From Alphaproteobacteria bacterium (GTDB taxonomy: Bacteria; Pseudomonadota; Alphaproteobacteria; Paracaedibacterales; CAIOTO01), in assembly GCA_947488275.1 (NCBI GenBank), contig CANKZX010000004.1, forward strand, positions 1 through 57,166: a DNA stretch of 57,166 nt, written 5' to 3'. The notes under the pieces were generated by a model that did no database searches, had not been told where the DNA came from, and saw nothing but the letters and a program-made list of their open reading frames with translations. The translations under genes were made by a program, and so were the position numbers. Below, one piece after another: positions 48,959 to 57,166 of this stretch (its first letter is position 1; every line of letters starts with the position of its first letter).

Positions 48959-50323
48959 TTAAAAGGATACTTTTGTACCAAGAATAATAACTGTACCCGA
49001 ATTATTTCCAACAGCATTTTGTGCCTTTAAATCTAAATTATAATATTTTTGCGCTGAATCAATAAACTTCTGATTTGTTCTTGTTTTAATAAAATTCACT
49101 TCACCAAAGAAAACAAGACCTTCTACGGCTTTAAAATCCAACGTTGTCGTAACTGTTTTCATTGTTGCTTTATTCGTTGCATCCGTTTTCCGATCCGATT
49201 GGAAATAACCAACCGCAGCCTGATAGGCACCAAACGTGTACCGTGTTCCCATATTCCACGCCTTCCCTGAATCACCTAAATCGGCACCTTCAGGATTATA
49301 CGATCCACGGGCGTCTTTATTACGCTTATAGCCTTGTATCAATTCCTTTGTCATCAGACGTGATTTTTGGTTGTTCAAGAATCCAGCCGCAACTTCAACA
49401 TCTTTGTACGTCATAAGCGCTGATAATTGATAGGCATTTGAATGCTGCGTCTTAAACACACGATTATCGGCAGGCAGTGGCGCACCCACACTATCATACC
49501 CAAGTGGGAAGACAACACGGGCTCTCTCCGTTAACAACAATGCATTTAAATTAATCTTAATATCTTTCCATACTTTTTCATAACTTGCACTGTAAACAAA
49601 GTTATTCAGACCAAAAGGCGCCTCCAAATTGTCAGGATACATACTTGTTTCATGCCCATACCCATTCATTGTTTGCGCAGACAAATTATTACGTCCTAAC
49701 TTACCAAGGTGTGACGTATTTGGCGTATAACTTACACCCACCTGAAAACCGTCAAGCGAAGGCGAAACCCAATTAACTTTTGTGGCAATATCAGGGGAAC
49801 CAATCATTGTCGCCCCTTTAACAACACCTTCAGAGAAATTAAAATAATCAGGCGCTGAGCCGCTAATCCCCCCTAAACCACCCATAATCGTATAAGCTGA
49901 TTGTGACATTGAATCATCAACACCTTTAACATTACCGACCTGCACTGACCCTAAATAATTATGGGTAAAAACAACGTAATTACGTGTCAAACTAGGGCTA
50001 GCTGCCGAAATAGATTCAAAATTAACAACGTAACCATAACCATAGCCTGTTGGCGTTTTTCCATTCACATTAAATGAAAGATCAGATTTAGGAACTCCAA
50101 TTGCTGCAGGTGGACCTCCTCGTCCATTTTCTTTATTCTTTTGAAGTGTACTTACGCCAATTACATTCGTAAAACCTGCTATTTTGAGCGCTGGCGCTGA
50201 TGACCCTGGCATGGTTATTGGTGGCGTTGGCGTTTCAGATTTACCTTCCTCTGCATGCACATTACTTAAACAACCAATAAACGCTGAGGTCATCATAAGA
50301 ATTTTATATTTATTATTTTTCAT
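48959..50323 (-). CDS. outer membrane porin (paralog 1)
   Basis: Signal peptide ending VHA; amphipathic beta strands; GVSYTP; C-terminal GTKVSF. Confidence 0.88.
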   Translation of the reverse strand: MKNNKYKILMMTSAFIGCLSNVHAEEGKSETPTPPITMPGSSAPALKIAGFTNVIGVSTLQKNKENGRGGPPAAIGVPKSDLSFNVNGKTPTGYGYGYVVNFESISAASPSLTRNYVVFTHNYLGSVQVGNVKGVDDSMSQSAYTIMGGLGGISGSAPDYFNFSEGVVKGATMIGSPDIATKVNWVSPSLDGFQVGVSYTPNTSHLGKLGRNNLSAQTMNGYGHETSMYPDNLEAPFGLNNFVYSASYEKVWKDIKINLNALLLTERARVVFPLGYDSVGAPLPADNRVFKTQHSNAYQLSALMTYKDVEVAAGFLNNQKSRLMTKELIQGYKRNKDARGSYNPEGADLGDSGKAWNMGTRYTFGAYQAAVGYFQSDRKTDATNKATMKTVTTTLDFKAVEGLVFFGEVNFIKTRTNQKFIDSAQKYYNLDLKAQNAVGNNSGTVIILGTKVSF

Positions 50324-50524
50324 AAATGATTCCTAATTTTATAAAAAAATTATCTAAAGTACCACTTACATGTATTACCTCATATAGAAAAAGAAAAAAC
50401 AAGACACTTTAAACATGGGATTTATTCATTTAATACTCATTGTGTTTTTAAATTCACATCGGCAAATTTTACCTACTCTTCTATTAATCTTTAGCTAAAG
50501 TATTAATTTTATCCATTTAAACAT

Positions 50525-50561
50525 AAAAAAATAGGTTTACGTATACACAACGTAAACCTAT
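50525..50561 (-). terminator. intrinsic terminator after porin 2
   Basis: ATAGGTTTACGT...ACGTAAACCTAT 12-bp stem plus T tract on the minus strand. Confidence 0.8.
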
Positions 50562-50589
50562 AAATAAGACTAAAAAACGCTATTAATAA

Positions 50590-51990
50590 TTAGAACGATA
50601 CTTTTGTACCAACAATCACAACTGTACCACTATTATTCTTGACAGCGACTTTTGCGTTCTTTTCACCATCATAATAAGCTTGCGCTGCAGCAACAGCTCT
50701 GTCATTTGATTTAGTACGGATATAATCAACCTCACCAAAGAATGTCAACCCTTCTGCTGCCTTAAAATCAAGCGTTGTAGTTACTGTTTTCAACGTTGCT
50801 TTACGAATGGCATCTGTTTTACGATCAGTTTGGAAATAACCAACAGCAGCCTGATAGGCACCAAATGTATAACGTGTACCAGCATTCCATGATGTTCCCG
50901 ATGTACCTAAATACGAATCTTGAGTATTATAAGATCCCTTATAGTCAACATCTTCATACTTTAAAAGTTCGAGTATATCTTTTGTCATCAAACGCGCTTT
51001 ACCATTATCCATCCAGCTACCAGCAAATTCCCAAGCTTTAACTTGCAAGGATCCAGAGAGTTGATAAGCTGTCGAACGTTGCGTCTTAAAGATTTTCTTA
51101 TTTCCTGGAAGAGGAGCCGTTCTACCAGCTTTAACACCGTAAGCCACATCTTTATTAAAAACAAAACGGGAATTTTCTTTTATCGCCAACGCACTTAAAC
51201 CAACAAGACATTCACCCCAGGTTTTCTCGTAGGTAACACCATAAACCATGTTATTTAACCCATATGGGCTAATTTTCTTATCAGGATAAATGGCTGTCGT
51301 ATTACCCATTCCATCATCCGATTGCAACATAGAGTTATCACGCCCTGACTTACCAACATGCGATGTATTTGGTGTATAGCTAAACCCAACCTTCAATCCA
51401 CTAACAGATGGTGATACCCAATTAATCTTTGTGGCAATATCAGGCGTGCCAACCATACGCACACCATCATACACACCCTCTGAAAAATTGAAATAACCAG
51501 ATGCAGACCCATCAAGACCAGCCGCACCACCTATTAACGTATAAGCATGCTTTGTCATCGAATCATCAACACCTTTAACGGCACCAAACTGCACAGCACC
51601 AAGGTCATTATGTGTAAATTGAACATAGTTACGGTTAATATTAGGGCTATAACCAGGCAATGATTTAAAGTTTATCACATATCCATATCCATAACCTGTC
51701 GGTGTTTTACCACCAATTGTAAATTTCAAATCAGATACAGGAATAGCAAAAGACGACAAAGGCCCGCCTCTTCCATTTTGTTTTTCTTGCTGATTAACAG
51801 CTGCGGCAATCACGCTTGTATAACCTGATATTTTCAATGAAGGTGCCTCAGGACCTGTTTTGTCAGCTGACGCCTCTACAGCTGGTGCTGGCGTCGGATT
51901 TACAACAGTCGATGCAACGACAGAACTAACGCCTGTAAGTACAACGAACGCGGAACTCAGCATCATGCTATTTATACTTTTCATTCTCAT
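50590..51990 (-). CDS. outer membrane porin (paralog 2)
   Basis: Colinear with paralog 1; GFSYTP; C-terminal GTKVSF. Confidence 0.88.
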   Translation of the reverse strand: MRMKSINSMMLSSAFVVLTGVSSVVASTVVNPTPAPAVEASADKTGPEAPSLKISGYTSVIAAAVNQQEKQNGRGGPLSSFAIPVSDLKFTIGGKTPTGYGYGYVINFKSLPGYSPNINRNYVQFTHNDLGAVQFGAVKGVDDSMTKHAYTLIGGAAGLDGSASGYFNFSEGVYDGVRMVGTPDIATKINWVSPSVSGLKVGFSYTPNTSHVGKSGRDNSMLQSDDGMGNTTAIYPDKKISPYGLNNMVYGVTYEKTWGECLVGLSALAIKENSRFVFNKDVAYGVKAGRTAPLPGNKKIFKTQRSTAYQLSGSLQVKAWEFAGSWMDNGKARLMTKDILELLKYEDVDYKGSYNTQDSYLGTSGTSWNAGTRYTFGAYQAAVGYFQTDRKTDAIRKATLKTVTTTLDFKAAEGLTFFGEVDYIRTKSNDRAVAAAQAYYDGEKNAKVAVKNNSGTVVIVGTKVSF

Positions 51991-52020
51991 TGGTTTTCTC
52001 CCAATCTAATTATCTAAAAA

Positions 52021-52036
52021 TTAACATCTTGTTAAC
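52021..52036. promoter_or_regulatory. CtrA-type box TTAA-N7-TTAAC
   Basis: TTAA CATCTTG TTAAC, 30 nt from the porin 2 start. Confidence 0.5.
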
Positions 52037-52204
52037 CTTTATAAATTCATAGCGCTAACATTCCACCTTGAGCAACCTTCGTTACCCTAAATTCTATGGG
52101 TATGTTTTATGATGTGTTTTTAGCAACACATAATACACCTCCCACAAATAATTTTATGATTTTCATTCTTTAAAATGAATAAATCTTCACAAAATATTTT
52201 TTAA

Positions 52205-52219
52205 TTAACAAATAATTAA
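52205..52219. promoter_or_regulatory. CtrA-type box TTAA-N7-TTAA
   Basis: TTAA CAAATAA TTAA about 46 nt upstream of ATG 52266. Confidence 0.4.
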
Positions 52220-52265
52220 TAAAAATCATGCAATAATAACGAATAAACATTCATGATGTAAAAAA

Positions 52266-52985
52266 ATGACTATAAAACCTTTATTTATAATCGGATTTAT
52301 TCTGATGTTATCACACGCTATAAAAGCCTATGACACACCACCTGCACGAGGAACTTATCCGCCCCCCGAAGTGCCTTCAGATTTTAATGATGATTTCGAC
52401 TACGCACAAAAGATATTAGAACAACGAAAATTAGCAAAGGAACGCCAAAAGCGCAAATGGACATCTAATGATTATGATGTTGAACCAACATGCACATCAA
52501 ATCCTTACCGTGCAACACCTTACCGTGAAGCAGAAGATATGTATCAACCACAATCATCCCACAAAAAAAGAGCAATCTATCAAGACGATGATTCCTATCA
52601 ACAAAAACCTTCTTTATACAACGAAACACCCTCGCCGCGTTATCAACCTGGAATAGCCTCTCGCTATCAGTCAACCTCCAATGATATCAATCGTTATCGC
52701 GAGACGGATTTTGATCATTATCCCTCTCGTGATGAGGATGAAGAATATCAAGCCGCAAAAAAAATAAAAAGAAAACGCACGGAACAACAATCTGTTGAGG
52801 ATGAAAGAATCGCACAAACCACCGTCAAAGCCCCTCCTTCGACTCAAGAATCAAAAAAAGGGTTTATTGACACAGTTACAGAGAAAGCGGAATCCTTAAA
52901 TCTTGAACAAAAAGCCGACACAGCTCTCAAATTAACAAATACAGCCAACAAACTACTTTCAATGTTCGGTGGATTTAGTGGCTAA
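52266..52985 (+). CDS. hypothetical secreted hydrophilic protein
   Basis: Signal peptide ending AIKA; charged, Tyr-punctuated low-complexity body. Confidence 0.75.
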   Translation: MTIKPLFIIGFILMLSHAIKAYDTPPARGTYPPPEVPSDFNDDFDYAQKILEQRKLAKERQKRKWTSNDYDVEPTCTSNPYRATPYREAEDMYQPQSSHKKRAIYQDDDSYQQKPSLYNETPSPRYQPGIASRYQSTSNDINRYRETDFDHYPSRDEDEEYQAAKKIKRKRTEQQSVEDERIAQTTVKAPPSTQESKKGFIDTVTEKAESLNLEQKADTALKLTNTANKLLSMFGGFSG

Positions 52986-53009
52986 CACCTTAAGCAATCT
53001 CTTCTTTTA

Positions 53010-53246
53010 AACCCCAGTTCGGGATTTCGACAAACAAAAACCTATAGTTTCCATCATGGCGAGCCAGCGTAAGCTGGTGCGGTCATCCAGAAAAACAAAC
53101 ATTTTCGACGTAACAAGCATTTCTGACGCAACAGGCATTTCCGATGTAACAGCCACTGGATCACCACAAAAGCCTTCGGCTTTTTCGTGATGACGATTAC
53201 ATAACATATATAGAGTTTTCTTCATGTTTAATCCCGAATTGGGGTT
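53010..53246. repeat. composite palindromic element: outer 17-bp inverted repeat, CGTC-type REP pair, three 18-bp tandem repeats
   Basis: AACCCCAGTTCGGGATT / AATCCCGAATTGGGGTT; 53156-53195 is the reverse complement of 28985-29025 apart from one indel; tandem units at 53101-53154. Confidence 0.82.
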
Positions 53247-53259
53247 ATAAAGGTGTTTT

Positions 53260-55728
53260 CTAATAAAATGTCTGTATCACATCCATCATTTCAATATTTT
53301 CCACGGGCAGCATCGGAATCGTACAGCACACACGTGTTCCCTGATTTTCCTTTGAATCAAGAGTAATCGTACCTCCATGAAGTTCAAGCAAACTTTTTAC
53401 AAGCATCAATCCAAGACCAGAGCTAACATTGGCATTACCATTTATTGTTGACTGCTGAAAGGCACGCAAAATACGCTCTTGATCTTCAGCAGAGATCCCT
53501 ATCCCTGTATCTTCAACGATAATATCAATAGCACCTTCAGTCTGACTTTTTATAGCACTTATCGTAATACGCCCTCCATTTGGGGTAAATTTAATAGCAT
53601 TCGTCAGCAAATTAAACAACGCATGTTTTAGACGACGTAAATCAATTTTAAGAACATCTGTTGGTACTTTGTTATCGATAATAAGCTCAACCCCTTGATC
53701 ATTTGCACGATTCTGCACGAGGACAAGCGCACTTTTTAACAAGTTCTCAACTGTAATATCTTGATAATTTAAATTCAGCTTTCCAGCTTCAATACTCGCC
53801 AAATCCAACATATCATTAATCAAATTCATCAAACGATCCGTTGCCTCTGATATCCCTTTACAATAATCAAATTGCTTTTCATTGAGAGAGCCAAAATACT
53901 GATTCAATAAAATCTCACTAAACCCAGCAATCGTATTAAGTGGTGATCGTAATTCATAAGACACATGTGAAATAAAATCTGATTTAAGACGATCTTCATG
54001 TTCTAAGACTTGATTTCGCTCCTTCAACGTATTTTCAAAACGCCATGTATCGCTCACATCAATAAAGCTCAACAAGTGACTGCCATCTGGCAATGGTACA
54101 TACGTATATTCTAAAACCTTATCTTTCTTAAGCAGCAATCGTTGACGTTCAGGGTGACGCCTTGAAATCACATTCAGCATATTTATGCGCCAATTTTTAC
54201 TCTGACGGGAACTCCTAAATTGCCGTGAAACAACTTTTAAGATCTCGTTAATATGAACACCTTCCAAGTGATCTTCTGGTTTTAGATCCCATATACGCTC
54301 CATTGCTGGGTTCGACAAACGCAAACGATAATCCGTACCAAATACAATCAACCCTTCGTACAAATGGTCAATCGTTTCTTTTTGAACCGCTGTTAACGTA
54401 TTATAACTACGTTCAAGAACCAGTTTATCCGTAATGTTATCAAATACATAAAACAAACCACCAGAGAGCATCGGCGCAATAACTAAACGATATGTCAATC
54501 CATCTGGCTGATGCATGATTTCATGAATAGGCTCTAACAACGTATTAAACAAATCACGTCGTTTTTGCTTGTGTGCCTGAAAGTCCGTATACTCAGGAAT
54601 TTTACGTCGCTCACGCAATTGTTCCATAATTTCAAAAAGCGTTGGTCGATTCAAAAGCCAATCTTCATCATGCCCAAACATCGTTCGATAGGCATTATTA
54701 AAGAAATCCAAACGCGCATCAGCACCATAGATAGCAAGAGGTGTCGACAAGTGATTTAAAACATCTGCCTGTGATTGAAGAATTTGCTGTTTTTCTTTCT
54801 CGATATCTTCAAGCTCAGTAATATCCAACGCATAACCAACTGTTTGCATCGTGTCAGGAATCGGAATTTCGGCCAACTCAAGATAACGACGCTCACCAGA
54901 AACAACAATATGCGTACGCGCTGTTACTTTTTCTCGACTTTTCAAGGCGCGCCGCGATAATTCATAGGTGCTCATCTCACCATATCGATCAACCAATTCA
55001 CGATTTTCAGCAATGACACGATAAATACTCGTTTCAAGAGCGCCTGCATATGCCATATTACAATACTGAATACGACCATTCGCATCGCGGCACCACAACG
55101 CAACAGGCGCAATATCCGTCAAAATACGTAACGTATCAACTTCTTGATTTTTTGTTTGTTGCAACGTCCTTAATTTAACTTGTTCCATTAACCGCTGGTT
55201 AATATCTGTAAAACTAAGAACCACCAGTTGTTTGTGTCCAACGGCATTGTTATGAACGTTCTCGTCATACAAATCAGGCGTAGATGGTGCTGTGTAATTT
55301 ATACAACATCCATAAATTTCAATATGCTGCGCATTATCAAAAACACTCAGTTCTAATGTAAAATCACCGCCAAAATTCGTAATATGCTGCAAAGCACGTT
55401 GGAACGATGACTGTGTTGATTCTCCCAAGATTGTGCCTAAATCACTCACACTCAATTGATAATGCGCGTCAACACGAAATAAATTCTTAAATTGTTTTGA
55501 TGTACGAATATAGGTTTGTCCATTAACCCAGCAACACCATGACTGAGGCAATGCCTCTAAAATATTTTGAGAAAGAAGCAATTCTAGATTTTGTTGGTGC
55601 CCACGTAACTGCAATTTCCAATAAGCTTTATAATAGAAAAACGCAACAATCGCAAATCCAATAGCGATACTAAGCGTAAGAAATAAAGCAATTGAGAGTC
55701 CGTTCATAGCACACTTTAAAATAAACAT
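53260..55728 (-). CDS. divL: multi-PAS histidine kinase-like protein DivL
   Basis: H-box reads HVSYELRSPL, with Tyr at the phosphoacceptor position as in DivL; several PAS-like segments; NLLTNAIKFT, DTGIG, GLGL. Confidence 0.85.
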   Translation of the reverse strand: MFILKCAMNGLSIALFLTLSIAIGFAIVAFFYYKAYWKLQLRGHQQNLELLLSQNILEALPQSWCCWVNGQTYIRTSKQFKNLFRVDAHYQLSVSDLGTILGESTQSSFQRALQHITNFGGDFTLELSVFDNAQHIEIYGCCINYTAPSTPDLYDENVHNNAVGHKQLVVLSFTDINQRLMEQVKLRTLQQTKNQEVDTLRILTDIAPVALWCRDANGRIQYCNMAYAGALETSIYRVIAENRELVDRYGEMSTYELSRRALKSREKVTARTHIVVSGERRYLELAEIPIPDTMQTVGYALDITELEDIEKEKQQILQSQADVLNHLSTPLAIYGADARLDFFNNAYRTMFGHDEDWLLNRPTLFEIMEQLRERRKIPEYTDFQAHKQKRRDLFNTLLEPIHEIMHQPDGLTYRLVIAPMLSGGLFYVFDNITDKLVLERSYNTLTAVQKETIDHLYEGLIVFGTDYRLRLSNPAMERIWDLKPEDHLEGVHINEILKVVSRQFRSSRQSKNWRINMLNVISRRHPERQRLLLKKDKVLEYTYVPLPDGSHLLSFIDVSDTWRFENTLKERNQVLEHEDRLKSDFISHVSYELRSPLNTIAGFSEILLNQYFGSLNEKQFDYCKGISEATDRLMNLINDMLDLASIEAGKLNLNYQDITVENLLKSALVLVQNRANDQGVELIIDNKVPTDVLKIDLRRLKHALFNLLTNAIKFTPNGGRITISAIKSQTEGAIDIIVEDTGIGISAEDQERILRAFQQSTINGNANVSSGLGLMLVKSLLELHGGTITLDSKENQGTRVCCTIPMLPVENIEMMDVIQTFY

Positions 55729-56025
55729 TTAGTAAAATTGTAAAAGGGTTTGCTTTTTTAGGCAATGTTTTAAAACACCATACATTCGCCTTTTATGCAC
55801 ATTTCAATAAATGCCTTACTCAGCCACCTCGAACAAATCAAAAAACAGCAATTTTAAAATATTAATTTAAATAATAAATATTTTTTATCTAAATTAATTA
55901 CAAATCATATAAACCGAATAAAAAACGACTGATAAACTTAACATATCTATTGACTCTAATATTTTATATGTGCTATCAAAAATTCACTTTAAATATTAGA
56001 AAACACATGAAAGATACAACTTTAT

Positions 56026-56928
56026 ATGAAAAATTTATATAAAAATAAATATTTATTTTTAACTATTTTTACAGCAATATTAATAAGTACGGCGACCTAT
56101 TGCGCGGAGAGCACAGATACAGATATGCCTAAGATTGCAGTGATATATGCCAATGGAGAGGATCTAAAAACATATTTTAATGAAACTGATTCTGCAGAAT
56201 TGCTTGAAGAAATCAAAAAATTTTCAAATTATAAAATAAGAATTGAAAGATCCTCGTCAACGGAATGTGCCTCACAATTGTGCGAATTGTACCAAGAGCT
56301 CGCAACGAAAGAAGGAACACCAACATCCATTGATACAATGCCAGACAACTTTCTGTGTGGTTTAGAAATGAAAGATATCCCAATTGGTGTTCGCGCAGCA
56401 TACAATCTTGCACTTAACTTACCCCATTTAACAGATGCAAGAGTTGCAGAAAATCTTGGTGTTGATTTATCTGTTTCTGAAAATATAGACTATGCTGATA
56501 CTATTCATATACTTCTTAGTCAAAAAGGCTACAAGCCATCAATAAAAATCACTGCAAAAAAAAGAACTCTAAAAGCTGAATCTATCAGACCAGAAGAAGT
56601 TGAGTTTGCCTTAAGCGCAGTAAAACAGATGGAAACAATGAAAAAACGTTATCCAAAACTTTTTGAAGATCCTGAAAAAGCCAGAGAAATTACAGCTCAA
56701 GCAACAGTACTAGCTGCTGCTGTTTTAGCACAATCAAGAAACCTTACAGAAGTTGAACGCAAAAATATATCTAAAAAAACATTAAAAGCACTAGGTGCAT
56801 CGTCTGGTCAACATGCTGATTTCGAAGATATAATAGAGGAAACTGAAAAAGATGGCGATCTTTCAGCAGGTCACGCGGCGTTAAGAAACTTTTTTAATGA
56901 AAGTTTATGCCCATCATCTTTAGGCTAA
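56026..56928 (+). CDS. hypothetical protein with signal peptide
   Basis: 300-aa ORF, hydrophobic N-terminus, no recognisable domain. Confidence 0.7.
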   Translation: MKNLYKNKYLFLTIFTAILISTATYCAESTDTDMPKIAVIYANGEDLKTYFNETDSAELLEEIKKFSNYKIRIERSSSTECASQLCELYQELATKEGTPTSIDTMPDNFLCGLEMKDIPIGVRAAYNLALNLPHLTDARVAENLGVDLSVSENIDYADTIHILLSQKGYKPSIKITAKKRTLKAESIRPEEVEFALSAVKQMETMKKRYPKLFEDPEKAREITAQATVLAAAVLAQSRNLTEVERKNISKKTLKALGASSGQHADFEDIIEETEKDGDLSAGHAALRNFFNESLCPSSLG

Positions 56929-57049
56929 TCCAATAAAAAAGAGGGATTACTATTTAAACTGATCAAGCCACATATGCCACGTTTCAGGTGATTCCCCTCT
57001 TTTTTTATGCTACACTAGGCGCACACACATAAAAACCAAAGCCACACCC

Positions 57050-57166
57050 ATGATATCCGACAAGCAACTGATTAGTTTTGATTACGCCATCAAATACCTT
57101 TTGAAGGATAAGGGCGACTATGAAATTGTCGAAGGGTTCATTTCAGCGCTCCTCAAAACAAAAGGT
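57050..57166 (+). CDS. Rpn-family nuclease/putative transposase, 5' part only
   Basis: MISDKQLISFDYAIKYLLKDKGDYEIVEGFISALLKTKG runs off the window end; matches the Rpn N-terminal pattern. Confidence 0.8.
   Translation, partial: MISDKQLISFDYAIKYLLKDKGDYEIVEGFISALLKTKG

Overview
AT-rich alphaproteobacterial chromosome segment. Marker genes (DUF3576-leuS, DUF4167, DivL, hemD-mic60-hemY, split PntA, type B L36) and base composition suggest a Holosporales-like protist symbiont; this is inference. Both ends fall inside Rpn-family nuclease genes. The backbone carries housekeeping genes: greA, thyX, lipA, pntAB, era, hemH, rplU/rpmA/rpmJ, fliQR, ftsEX, asd, pabA, leuS and tRNA-Ser. Main observations: (1) an 11-kb array of four secreted, paralogous Cys-repeat proteins, plus a second cluster of unusual secreted proteins (57-aa peptide, pilin-like, Met/Gly/Pro-rich, Ser/Asn-rich with a Cys tail); most of these units are preceded by TTAA-N7-TTAA CtrA-type boxes, a candidate cell-cycle-regulated surface-coat system; (2) a GIY-YIG nuclease gene bracketed by CGTC-type palindromes and a 67-bp direct repeat that rewrote the pabA C-terminus, with two nuclease-free relatives elsewhere; (3) a 158-bp TA-duplicating MITE splitting a DUF2442 gene; (4) a BacNav-family channel with an acidic DDW filter; (5) a structured uORF leader before an APC permease. 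All calls were made by eye, without database searches.
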